The notes beneath the pieces are model-generated. The model was given only the letters and a program-made list of their open reading frames with translations, did no database searches and was not told the origin of the DNA. A program made the translations under genes and the position numbers. A DNA stretch of 64,000 bases from Nostoc sp. DedSLP01 (GTDB lineage Bacteria; Cyanobacteriota; Cyanobacteriia; Cyanobacteriales; Nostocaceae), in contig JAVRCJ020000022.1 of the NCBI GenBank assembly GCA_034530875.2, positions 1 to 64,000 on the forward strand, read 5' to 3'. This document shows positions 50,577 through 60,864 of the stretch, piece after piece (positions within the stretch are counted from its first letter, which is position 1; each line of letters begins with the position of its first letter).

Positions 50577-51925
50577 CTACCGTGCGACTGTGCCTGTTTT
50601 TACAAAACAAACAAATTACTAGAAAACAGAATGTCATTAGCATTGTTTTCCCAGCTTTTCTGGCAGAGATATATACAGTTAACACGCGAAAATATTCAGC
50701 GATCGCTTAGTATTTCAACTGTCAAGTTTGTATATATACTAGTTGGCATTAATCCTGTCAATCAAAAGGCAAATCCAACCAAGCGCTTAGATAGACAGCA
50801 TGACCAACTCTTCAAAAGCCATACAATCATTAATCTTTCTGGGAAGCTCTGCGCCTCAAACCTCAGCTACTTTACAAACAGATGTTACTTAGGTTATCAA
50901 TAATTTAAAACACATCTAATTCCGACGTTTTGCTGATTGGGGAAATAACCTTAAGGCAATCTTTCTTTATTCCCAAATAGGTTTTCTTACAGATTGAGTA
51001 ACTGGTACAACAAACCTAAAGTAAAAAGTGAGTCAGTGCGATGGACAGGTTCCCCCGCAAAAGCAACTGGCGAACTCGTAAGAGTTAAAAGTAAAAAAAG
51101 AATACTGATACTCCTAACTTTTTACTGATTCTAGATGGTAGGTTTATTCCCATCATGATGTACTAGTTATCTAAATCAATAAATAATCGATCTTTGCTTT
51201 GGTATCTGTTCGATGCTCTTCAGCAAAGCATTTGCTTTCACCTCATCTTGTTTAGGGCATTGGGAGTACTATTATCGGTAGCTGGGCATTTAGCCTATGC
51301 TGAGTATGAAGTCCAGAGTAAGGAGTTAAAAGTTAAGAATTATTCTCTTTGCTCCTCCATCTCACTTGCCCCTTTGCTACCCATCTCCCAGACTCCTCCT
51401 CTTCATAGGGTTATTTTCTCCCGACTATCTTCCAATTCGCTGGATCCTGTTGAGGAACATAGGCACGAAATTGTGGAAAAATACTTGGGTTCGGGCTGCT
51501 AAGATTTTTATGCAGCCTGAATTCTAATAATTTTGTGTTTTGTACAGACAATTAAAGATTCAAAAAATAAAGTTAATACCAATTCAAAAATCTGCTGAAC
51601 TGCAAAAATTAAATTATTCAATTCGTACATTCTAAACAGCTATCCATTTATTCTTCTCCTGCCTCCTGTGCCTCTCCTGCTTCCCTCGCTGTCTAAACAA
51701 CTGGTAACTCAACAGTTCGCCGATCGAAAGTTGTTGAAGTTAACGCCAGGTAAGGAGCGAGTCATCAAACTGGCGCACAATCGCTTCAAGTGAGATGAAA
51801 AATAGATGAAATAATTAGAAAAATTAAAAACCTTAGAACTAGACTCTGCCAGAAAACCTATTTGCTGGGTAAATTGGGATATAGAGCCAGAAAATTTTTC
51901 TGTGTAAACTTGACCAGCAAATGGT

Positions 51926-52417
51926 ATGAAAAAATATTATCAAGACTTTTTAATCCGCAATTGGGTGGAAAGCGATCGCACAAGAGCAGCCCAAGTCATT
52001 AATTATGTATTATCCGAATACGGTCTGGGTTGGGAACCAAATGGTGCAGACCGAGATGTAGTGCAAGTAGAGGAATATTATTTATCTACGGGCGGTGAGT
52101 TTTGGGTAATTGAGCACCAAAGCCAGGTAGTAGGTACGGGGGCATACTACCCGATACAACGCGGACAAAAAGCAGTAGAAATCAGAAAAATGTATCTTTT
52201 ACCCAGCATTAGGGGTTTAGGATTGGGGAAATATTTGTTACAACAGCTAGAAGCAGCGATCGCAGAGCGTGGTTTTGAGCAAATTTGGATTGAAACTGCC
52301 AGCGTTTTGGTGGAAGCAGTCAAGCTATATGAAAGCAACGGCTATAAACCAGCAACAGGAATAGAAACCAAACGTTGCGATCGTGTCTATGTTAAATCAT
52401 TGGTCATTAGTCATTAG
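51926..52417 (+). CDS. GNAT family N-acetyltransferase
   Basis: EIRKMYLLPSIRGLGLGK acetyl-CoA motif; AVKLYESNGY. Confidence 0.9.
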   Translation: MKKYYQDFLIRNWVESDRTRAAQVINYVLSEYGLGWEPNGADRDVVQVEEYYLSTGGEFWVIEHQSQVVGTGAYYPIQRGQKAVEIRKMYLLPSIRGLGLGKYLLQQLEAAIAERGFEQIWIETASVLVEAVKLYESNGYKPATGIETKRCDRVYVKSLVISH

Positions 52418-52547
52418 TCATTAGTCATTGGAAAATAATACATGACAAAGTGCAAAGTCTGTAGTAAGACCCTACAAAATGTGGAGGTAACTCTGCTCAG
52501 AACTTTGTAACGCAGGGGAAATGAACAATGGCAAAGGATAATTTTAA

Positions 52548-53237
52548 ATGCATACTTGGACTCAGAAACTCACAAGCTTACTTAATCTTTTTCTCCAATC
52601 CCATTGCCCATTGTGCCAACGCTCAACTTCCCAAGAATTCTGCCAAAACTGCACTAGACAATTACAAAAACATCAACGTCAAAACCCGGTTTTTCTATGG
52701 CAAGAACCACTACCAGTATTTATCTGGGGTGAATATGGGGGTCTAGTAAAACGAGCAATGGCGGCGATGAAATACGACAATCAACCTCAAATAGCTCGTC
52801 CTTTCGGTCAATGGTTAGGGGAGGCATGGTTGTTAAATTCACCTAAGCGAGATAGCCAGGCTGTGGTAGTTCCTATCCCACTTCACGCTAACAAGCAAAA
52901 GCTACGTAAATATAATCAAGCTGCATTAATCGGGCAAAGCTTCTGCGAAATAACTGGATTAAAATTGAAACTAAATGGTTTAACCAGAGTGCGACAAACT
53001 GAAGCACAATTTGGTTTATCAGTATCTATGCGAGAACAAAACTTGGCCAAAGCATTTGCTCTTGGTCAGGAATTTCGCTATCGTCCCCCAAATGTTCCGG
53101 TGCTGTTAGTGGACGACATTTATACTACTGGTGCTACTGCCAGATCTGCTGTGCAAACACTTCGTGAGTATGGAATTGTAGTCTTAGGACTAGTAGCAGT
53201 AGCCACTACCATCAAAGACAGCTCGAACGAGAATTAA
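52548..53237 (+). CDS. comF: ComF family protein (Zn ribbon plus PRTase)
   Basis: CPLC...CQNC, VPIPLH, YNQA and LLVDDIYTTGAT motifs. Confidence 0.9.
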   Translation: MHTWTQKLTSLLNLFLQSHCPLCQRSTSQEFCQNCTRQLQKHQRQNPVFLWQEPLPVFIWGEYGGLVKRAMAAMKYDNQPQIARPFGQWLGEAWLLNSPKRDSQAVVVPIPLHANKQKLRKYNQAALIGQSFCEITGLKLKLNGLTRVRQTEAQFGLSVSMREQNLAKAFALGQEFRYRPPNVPVLLVDDIYTTGATARSAVQTLREYGIVVLGLVAVATTIKDSSNEN

Positions 53238-53502
53238 TCGACAACTTTGGGCGCAAAAGTAGACCTACCTTGAAAATAGGGAGTAGGGAATGGGGAGTAG
53301 GGAATAGGGAAAATAAATTTTGATTGTTCCTTGTGAGCGTAGCTAATGGAGTCTCTTGCAAAAATAGTTTTGTACTCTTGAAGGGAAAAGGTTAAAAGGA
53401 AAGGATTTTTTATCTCTTTCTCCTTTTGCCGACTTGTACAAGAAGTCTAGTGTATCAGTTGACCAAATTACCCTATTTTTATCGAAAAATTACTTGAAAT
53501 GT

Positions 53503-53958
53503 ATGAATAAAGCTTTTGCGGCGGGTTTACAACAGCTCAATATCATTCCTGCTACGTTGTTAGCAATAGGTATAAGTGCAAGTACAGCTTTTGCTCAAAA
53601 TAAGTTGTATAGTCCAATTCCTTTATCTAACAGTACTGAAATTTCTGATAGCCTTTCAGACAAAGACATTCCCACAGGTCAAGGTGGGTTTGCTCGTGAT
53701 TACACAGTTAAGTTAGACAAGGGCGATAATTTAGCAGTTGACCTGTCATCTGAAAGCTTTGATAGCATTATCACACTGCTGGCACCTGATGGTGCAACTT
53801 TGGCAGAAAATGATGACGGCCCTGATGGTAGTAGCAATTCTCTACTATTTACTCGCATTGTAGAGACAGGGACTTATGTTATTCGCGTCCGTTCTTTTGG
53901 AGAAACTGGGATTGGGGCTTTTAAACTGAAAGTTACAAAGCTACAACCGATTAAGTGA
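53503..53958 (+). CDS. Secreted PPC (pre-peptidase C-terminal) domain protein
   Basis: Signal peptide ending AFA; FDS...LLAPDG..LAENDDG...GTYVIRV. Confidence 0.85.
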   Translation: MNKAFAAGLQQLNIIPATLLAIGISASTAFAQNKLYSPIPLSNSTEISDSLSDKDIPTGQGGFARDYTVKLDKGDNLAVDLSSESFDSIITLLAPDGATLAENDDGPDGSSNSLLFTRIVETGTYVIRVRSFGETGIGAFKLKVTKLQPIK

Positions 53959-53982
53959 AGTAGGTATGGGACATTGGCATAC

Positions 53983-54177
53983 GTGTCAACTGAAACTAGA
54001 AATAGCTTCGGTATTGGCTTTCTCACCCGCCAGAGAATAAATTCTCTGGCTAATAGCTCAAGTCTACTTCAGTAGACTCAAAATCTTGGGGATAATTTAG
54101 TAATCTTGAGATTACTTGTGCTATCAGTAAGGAACTTCAGTTCCTTGCGGGACATCGGTTCTACGTTAAGTTGACAC
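53983..54177. mobile_element. MITE-like element with GTGTCAACT terminal IRs and four internal hairpins
   Basis: gtgtcaactgaaactagaa vs ttctacgttaagttgacac (16/19 IR); hairpins gccagagaat/attctctggc, agtctact/agtagact, agtaatc/gattact, aaggaact/agttcctt. Confidence 0.65.
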
Positions 54178-54951
54178 CAATGGCATTGGGTATAGAAAAT
54201 ACGATGGAGAGGAGAGTTTCAAGACATCCACCCTGGGGTTAGTTAAAGCTATATCTTGTTAAAAATAGTCGTCTGTCTCAACACCACTGTGTTGAGTTTT
54301 TTTGACAAAAAAATTACACTATGTATAAAATTTACATAAGCATAATTTATAAATATTTTTAATTACAATCAAATCTGCTCAAATCAAATTAGTTAAAAAC
54401 GAGAACTGAATATTTAGAAATATCCTAACTCTGCAAATTTCTAAATTTGAGCTAATTATAAGTAATAAAATGCTTCGTATATATTATTACATAATTGTAT
54501 AGCTATTAAATGATAAATTCAGTGTTTTTATATTGATAGCTTATGAAAAATATAGGTTTTTCCTATCTAATAGACAAAAAGACAAAATATAATACTTAAA
54601 AAATTAAGTAAAAATAAACACTTTATTTTTACTTTTAGCAGTATAAACAAGTAAATTAAACGCTAATAAATGTATTGATTGAATTAGGTTTCTATCCACA
54701 AAACGAATAATAGGGGTTTATCTATCAGAAGTATTAGATAAAAATATCGGTGATTTATCTATAGAAGAATTAAATACATATACTTAATCTAAAAGTATAC
54801 TTCTGTCAGAAGATGTAAAAAAATATTAGGCGTATTAAATTAAAATCAATATTAATCAAAGTTCTTTAATACTTCAGTAAAGCGTTGTTCGATCGGACTC
54901 GCTTTCCTGGAAATCTAGTAAAACTTTGTTACAATCCGCAACACACAAACT

Positions 54952-56259
54952 ATGAACTCTAACACCGAAAAACGTATCGCCTTGATTTCCGTCCACGGAG
55001 ATCCGGCGATTGAAATAGGGAAAGAAGAAGCTGGCGGACAAAATGTTTACGTGCGCCATGTGGGTGAAGCGCTAGCCCAGCTAGGATGGGAAGTTGATAT
55101 GTTTACCCGCAAGGTCAATCTAGAACAAAACTCAATAGTTCAACATAGCGAGAATTGTCGAACTATTCGTTTAAAAGCAGGCCCTCTAGAGTTTGTGCCT
55201 CGAGATGAGATTTTTGAATATTTACCAGAATTTGTGGAGAATTTCCTCAAATTTCAAGAGAAAAACGGTATTGCATATCAGTTAGTTCACACTAACTACT
55301 GGCTCTCAAGCTGGGTAGGGATGGATTTGAAGAAGAAAATCCCAGGGCTGAAACAGGTTCACACCTATCACTCTTTAGGAGCAGTCAAATATAACACGAT
55401 AGAGAATATTCCTCCTATTGCTAGTCAGCGATTGGCTGTGGAAAAAGAAGTTTTGGAAACAGCAGAACGAATTGTGGCGACGAGTCCGCAAGAAAACGAA
55501 CACATGCGATCGCTCGTATCCACCAAAGGCAATATCGATATCATTCCCTGCGGTACAGATATTCACCGATTTGGTTCGATTACACGCAAAGCAGCCAGAT
55601 TGGAGTTAGGAGTCGGACAAGACGCCAAAATCGTACTATATGTAGGTCGTTTCGATCCGCGCAAAGGTATAGAAACCTTAGTACGTGCAGTAAACGAGTC
55701 TCAACTACGAGAGTCCAACAACCTCCAGCTAATTATTGGTGGTGGTAGCACTCCAGGTAACAGCGATGGTATCGAGCGCGATCGCATCGAGGAAATTATC
55801 AATGAATTAGGGATGAGCCACCTGACCATCCTTCCTGGTCGTTTGAGTCAAGATATTTTGCCAACTTACTATGCAGCAGCTGATGTTTGCGTTGTTCCCA
55901 GTCACTACGAACCCTTTGGACTCGTAGCGATCGAAGCAATGGCCAGCGGGACACCGGTAGTAGCAAGCGATGTGGGCGGACTTCAGTTTACTGTAGTTAA
56001 CGAAGAAACTGGTTTATTAGCACCAGCCCAAGATGTACCTGCCTTTGCAAATGCGATCGACAGAATTTTGTTGAATCCAGAATGGCGAGTTCAACTAGGT
56101 AAAGCCGCTAGAAAACGTGTAGAAACTAAGTTTAGTTGGGATGGCGTCGCCAATCAACTGACCGAACTCTACAATGAACTTCTCGGACAAACAACCAAAC
56201 AATCAGAACCAGCATTACTCACAACCAAAGAATCAAAAACAGCATTACTGGCCTCATGA
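54952..56259 (+). CDS. GT4 glycosyltransferase, sucrose-phosphate synthase-like (GT domain only)
   Basis: RIALISVHGDP..EAGGQNVYV, HTNYWLS, GRFDPRKG and EPFGLVAIEAMA; resembles the single-domain SPS of Nostocales. Confidence 0.8.
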   Translation: MNSNTEKRIALISVHGDPAIEIGKEEAGGQNVYVRHVGEALAQLGWEVDMFTRKVNLEQNSIVQHSENCRTIRLKAGPLEFVPRDEIFEYLPEFVENFLKFQEKNGIAYQLVHTNYWLSSWVGMDLKKKIPGLKQVHTYHSLGAVKYNTIENIPPIASQRLAVEKEVLETAERIVATSPQENEHMRSLVSTKGNIDIIPCGTDIHRFGSITRKAARLELGVGQDAKIVLYVGRFDPRKGIETLVRAVNESQLRESNNLQLIIGGGSTPGNSDGIERDRIEEIINELGMSHLTILPGRLSQDILPTYYAAADVCVVPSHYEPFGLVAIEAMASGTPVVASDVGGLQFTVVNEETGLLAPAQDVPAFANAIDRILLNPEWRVQLGKAARKRVETKFSWDGVANQLTELYNELLGQTTKQSEPALLTTKESKTALLAS

Positions 56260-56280
56260 CCTAATAACCTTCTTTGGTAA

Positions 56281-56374
56281 TAGACATAGGAGTGAAAATC
56301 AATGTAGAGACGTAGCATTGCTACGTCTCTACAAGGGTTTCGGGTAACGCAGAATTAATTTCTGGAGATGTCTA
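56281..56374. repeat. Second copy of the GTAGAGACGTAGCATTGCTACGTCTCTAC miniature element
   Basis: Same central hairpin and tagacat / atgtcta ends as 33085-33168. Confidence 0.75.
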
Positions 56375-56511
56375 ATAGGTAATTGGCAATATTAGTAACA
56401 GAAAAATGCGGTTAGCTCAATGCTGACCGCTTTTTCTTGTGATGCCAGCGCGGACTAAACACGATAGCATATACTGGGCATCAATGTTTGAATGCCTAAT
56501 GATTCATTTTT

Positions 56512-58239
56512 GTGCAACCAGTTGACTTTACCACCCTCAAAGCTGCTTGTAGCGAACTACGCACGAACTGGCTACCCTCACGGGCAGAGCAAGTTTACCA
56601 GCGCGATCGCTACACTATTCTCATAGCATTACGCACCTTGAAACAGCGGGGTTGGCTAGAGATTTCTTGGCATCCTCAAGCTGCACATATTTGCATTGGC
56701 GATCCGCCACCGCGAATTCCCGATACTTTCACCTTCAGCCAACAACTGATACACCAATTGGGTGGTTTGGCATTAGTAGCAATTGAAGCGATCGCTCCTT
56801 GGGAACGCGTTATCGATCTACAATTTGCTCGGCGTCCTGGAGAAACTGCCCTATATCATCTCTATGTAGAAATTATGGGCAAGTATAGCAACGTCATTCT
56901 CACCGACGCCAGCAATATAACAATCGCTCCTGCCCATCAAGTCAGTCAACAACAATCTAGCGTCCGTCCCATACTCACTGGACAACCTTACGAAACACCA
57001 CCGAAACTGACTGGAACTATTCCCAATTTGAGCGAATCTCAACAACACTGGCAAGAACGGGTAAGTTTAGTACCAGGAGCTATCAAGCGGCAATTACTCA
57101 AAAGTTATAGTGGTTTAAGTGCTGCATTACTAGAATCAATGTTATTAGCAGCAGACATACCGCCAGAAACATCTACCGATACCCTCAAACCGGAAGATTG
57201 GCAAAGATTGTTTGAGCGTTGGCAAGAATGGCTGCAAGCCTTAGATTTGTGTAAATTTCAACCCGCTTGGACAAAAGACGGCTACACAGTAATGGGTTGG
57301 GGTGGAGTGGAAAGCGCCAAAGATACCCAAGAATTACTCAACCGTTACTACACAGACCAACTCAATCAACAGTTGTTTTCCCAATTGCGCCATCAGTTGA
57401 GTCAGAAATTGAATAATATTTTGGGGAAATTACGCAACAAAGCTCAAACCTTTAAGACGCGCTTGCAACAATCAGATCGAGCCGATGAATATCGACAAAA
57501 AGCTGATTTGTTAATGGCTCACCTACACAACTGGGAACCGGGGATGACACAGATAATTATCCCTGATTTTGAGACTAACGAGCCTGTAGCGATCGCTCTG
57601 CAACCAGATAAAAATGCCGTCCAAAATGCCCAAAGTCTTTACAAACAACATCAAAAACTCAAACGCGCTCGTTCTGCTGTGGAACCCCTACTGTTAGAAG
57701 TACAGACAGAAATCGACTATTTAGAGCAAGTAGAAGCTGCGATCGACCAGATAGACAACTACCAAACAGCAGAAGATTTGCAAGCTTTAGAAGAAATCCG
57801 CGAAGAACTGATCGGACAAAAATATCTCGAAGATCCAGAATATCGCAACCGCAGCAGCAACGAGAACTCCACTAGTGACTTTTATCATTACCATACTCCC
57901 AGCGGTTTTGAAGTATTAATCGGCCGCAACAACCGCCAAAACGACCAATTGACTTTTCGCGTAGCTGGAGATTATGACCTTTGGTTCCACGCGCAAGAAA
58001 TTCCAGGCAGCCACGTACTACTACGTCTCGAACCCGGTGCCGTTGCAGAAGAAGCTGATTTGCAATTTGTAGCGAATCTTGCTGCTTACTACAGTCGCGC
58101 CCGGCAAAGCGATCGAGTGCCAGTAGTATACACTCAACTCAAACACGTCTACAAACCCAAAGGAGCAAAACCGGGAATTGCCATTTACAAGCAAGAAACT
58201 ATCCTCTGGGGAAAACCGCAATTAGTTATTAGTCATTAG
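56512..58239 (+). CDS. NFACT / RqcH (FbpA-like) ribosome quality control protein
   Basis: DFTTL, EIMGKYSN, GRNNRQND, WFHAQEIPGSH and AAYYSRAR motifs. Confidence 0.93.
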   Translation: MQPVDFTTLKAACSELRTNWLPSRAEQVYQRDRYTILIALRTLKQRGWLEISWHPQAAHICIGDPPPRIPDTFTFSQQLIHQLGGLALVAIEAIAPWERVIDLQFARRPGETALYHLYVEIMGKYSNVILTDASNITIAPAHQVSQQQSSVRPILTGQPYETPPKLTGTIPNLSESQQHWQERVSLVPGAIKRQLLKSYSGLSAALLESMLLAADIPPETSTDTLKPEDWQRLFERWQEWLQALDLCKFQPAWTKDGYTVMGWGGVESAKDTQELLNRYYTDQLNQQLFSQLRHQLSQKLNNILGKLRNKAQTFKTRLQQSDRADEYRQKADLLMAHLHNWEPGMTQIIIPDFETNEPVAIALQPDKNAVQNAQSLYKQHQKLKRARSAVEPLLLEVQTEIDYLEQVEAAIDQIDNYQTAEDLQALEEIREELIGQKYLEDPEYRNRSSNENSTSDFYHYHTPSGFEVLIGRNNRQNDQLTFRVAGDYDLWFHAQEIPGSHVLLRLEPGAVAEEADLQFVANLAAYYSRARQSDRVPVVYTQLKHVYKPKGAKPGIAIYKQETILWGKPQLVISH

Positions 58240-58423
58240 TCATTGGTCATTAGTTATTAATTATTCTCCCTCCCCTGCCTCCCCTGCCTCCTCTGCCCCT
58301 CCGCCTCTTCTATCCTGCGTTGTGGCGAATTCATCTTAAAGATAGAAGCTTTTAAATTATGCTTATATCTTTTTTTGATGAATTTTTCTGAAAAATCTGT
58401 GTTGGCTGTTACAATATTGTTAA

Positions 58424-58532
58424 GAAAAGTTGCCCGTTGCATTTTTAGGAACGCGCAATTGGGTTTTAACTCTCTTGAGAAGACAACGTAAAAAATATTT
58501 TTGAGACCAGCTGTGGGAGGCTGGTCTTTTTG
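58424..58532 (+). ncRNA. Probable sRNA resembling NsrR1
   Basis: -10 box TACAAT (58410-58415) overlapped by NtcA-like GTG-N8-TAC (58399-58412); 5' stem cccgttgc..gcaattggg; terminator agaccagc/gctggtct plus T-run; the name rests on recalled similarity only. Confidence 0.6.
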
Positions 58533-58927
58533 TTATTAGCAACCAACTTTTTTTAAGTTTTCCTGACATAAACTACTGAATTGTTGGTCAAATGTAAATC
58601 AAAGACGGCTGAAGATTAACCGTAATATCATATAGTTTGCCAAAATATTTGCAACATACCAATCGCCTCTAGGGCGTACAGTTGTATGCTTCTACATATT
58701 TTTAAGTAGTTGGTGAAATAATATTACGTGTGTCTTCAATGAAAATACTAGGTTTTTGAATTTTGACATCATACCACAAAAGAGAAAATCACTTTTTAGG
58801 CAATTAACTGTTTACTCATAACTGTTAACCGTTAACAATCAACACTCAACAATCAATGCAAAATCCCATCCATTTTTACGGATGGGATCAGCTGATTTTT
58901 GGCGTCTGTGTTTTGAAATTTTGACAA

Positions 58928-60541
58928 TTAGAAACTGAATGTGGTTCTTAACGCACCAATCACAACATCATCATTATCATTGTTATGGTCTGGTGATGTT
59001 AACCAAATGACTCCTGGAGTGATAGTGATATTATCGCTGAGCTGATACTGATAGAAAGCTTCCAGATGATAAGATGTATCCTCATCTTCAGGTAATCCTA
59101 CGAGGGTAGAACTTGTGACTCGAGGTTCTACACCAGCAATAATACCTGCTAAACTACCTTTTGTACCAAGGTCAGGGAAGCCAAGGGTAACAGCGTAGTT
59201 CCAAATGTCAACATCTCCACGGTTTCCTCTCAAGCTGCGACTGGTGGTGTATCCAGCCCAACCACCTAAAACTATATTTTTAGTAATGCCAATGGATGCT
59301 TGCACGCCGTAAGAATTACTGGAGAATCCGACTTCTTCTTCTGGCAAACCTTGGATAGCTGCTATATCTTGGAAGGTTGCGGCATTGCTACCTGTGAGTA
59401 GTGGCTGGTTGTAAGAATTGATGTAAGTTAAACCAATAGAAATGCGATCGCTTGGTTGAATTGTCAGCTGTGCCAGCGCACCATAAGAACCATTAAATAA
59501 ACCATTATTCGGTGTAGGGTCGTTAGCCGCACCACTCAAGTAGCCAAGACTGAGTGCTAATTTCTCGCTAAATTGGTATGTTAATCCTAAACCGGCGCCG
59601 TTGATCTGGTTATAAATTGGGTTGCGCGTACCAAACGTGGACAAAGCGCCAAAAGCACCATCACCATCAAAGAGATTGACAGTAGTAGTCAGGTCATCTG
59701 CTGCACCTGCATTGGCAATAGCAACCACCTCTGTCTTTTTGCCCAAGGGAAATCTGTAAAGCAGTGCATCTATGGCAGCATTAGTAGTGCCATCCTCACC
59801 AGCAAAGAATAAATTGCCCTCTGGTGTCCCGATATTAGGGCTGAGAATATTATTCGCCTGGATTCTAGTGAACAGGGTATCTTCCCCTGTGAAGCTGGTA
59901 ACTAATTCTATCCGCGCCCTTACTCCTAAAGTTGTGTTTTTGTCAGTAATTTCTGCACCGTTGACTGTATTTCCTGACAAAACATCACTGGCAACTGCAA
60001 CAACTTGTCCTTGCAGTTTGGTTGTGGTAGAAAATTGATTGGCTTCTAATTCGGCTGTGTGTGCTTCTACTGTATCCACACGACCTCGGAGTGTCGTCAG
60101 TTCCGCAGAAAACTCTTCTTGCAGTTTTTGTAATGTGGCTAAATCTTGTTTGCTAACTAAATCGCTTGTGGCTGTTGCAATTAGTTCGTTAACGCGATCT
60201 AAACAAGCATTCAAACCAGCAGCAAACTCATACCGCGTTAGCGCCCGATTCCCACGATAAGTACTATTTGGATATCCTGCAATACAACCATAGCGTTCTA
60301 CCAGCGATTGCAAGGCTTGGAAAGCCCAGTCTGTAGTTTGCACGTCAGACAACTGAGACACTGAGGTAACTTGTGCCGTTGTCTGGTTTTGAGTTATATT
60401 CTCAAGTTTGGTAGTTGGACTAGCTACTCGATCTATTTGGGTAGTGGTTGATGTTTCACCTGCAAATGCAGCAGTATTAAAAAATAGCATTGCAGTGCAT
60501 ACTGCTGGATTAACCAGCAGATATTTACAAAATTTTTGCAT
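58928..60541 (-). CDS. Cyanobacterial porin (SLH domain plus OprB-type barrel)
   Basis: VTSVSQLSDV..DWAFQALQSLVERYGC, TRYEFAAGL, QFSTTTKL and terminal RTTFSF. Confidence 0.95.
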   Translation of the reverse strand: MQKFCKYLLVNPAVCTAMLFFNTAAFAGETSTTTQIDRVASPTTKLENITQNQTTAQVTSVSQLSDVQTTDWAFQALQSLVERYGCIAGYPNSTYRGNRALTRYEFAAGLNACLDRVNELIATATSDLVSKQDLATLQKLQEEFSAELTTLRGRVDTVEAHTAELEANQFSTTTKLQGQVVAVASDVLSGNTVNGAEITDKNTTLGVRARIELVTSFTGEDTLFTRIQANNILSPNIGTPEGNLFFAGEDGTTNAAIDALLYRFPLGKKTEVVAIANAGAADDLTTTVNLFDGDGAFGALSTFGTRNPIYNQINGAGLGLTYQFSEKLALSLGYLSGAANDPTPNNGLFNGSYGALAQLTIQPSDRISIGLTYINSYNQPLLTGSNAATFQDIAAIQGLPEEEVGFSSNSYGVQASIGITKNIVLGGWAGYTTSRSLRGNRGDVDIWNYAVTLGFPDLGTKGSLAGIIAGVEPRVTSSTLVGLPEDEDTSYHLEAFYQYQLSDNITITPGVIWLTSPDHNNDNDDVVIGALRTTFSF

Positions 60542-60545
60542 TTTT

Positions 60546-60555
60546 CTCCTCACAC
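60546..60555 (-). promoter_or_regulatory. Yfr1 sRNA target site GTGTGAGGAG over the porin ribosome-binding site
   Basis: Complementary to the conserved Yfr1 motif ACTCCTCACAC, 4 nt upstream of the ATG; a second partial site GTGTGAGT at 60571-60578. Confidence 0.7.
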
Positions 60556-60773
60556 TTATCAACGATTCGCACTCACACCGCGCTTTTTAAGGCACATTTG
60601 ATTAAAAACTTGTCAGTAATCTTATCAGAAGGTGCAAGCTTTTTAATAAAAAATGTCAATAAACCGTAATTATTTTGGGAAAAATTAACTACAGAGGCAT
60701 CCTCTGGAAAAAGGTTGATTGTGATTATTTACACTACAAATATTTAAATATATAACTCTGCTGAGATTGAGAA

Positions 60774-60788
60774 TGAGAATTATTATAA
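60774..60788 (+). promoter_or_regulatory. Zur box TGAGAATTATTATAA
   Basis: Two mismatches to the 7-1-7 consensus TGATAATNATTATCA; upstream of znuA. Confidence 0.75.
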
Positions 60789-60864
60789 TGTACAAGATAG
60801 AATAAGTATCATTGTCATCTGGTAAAGGCACAGCAAGCATCTGTCCTGGGGAGAAAGCACGGTG

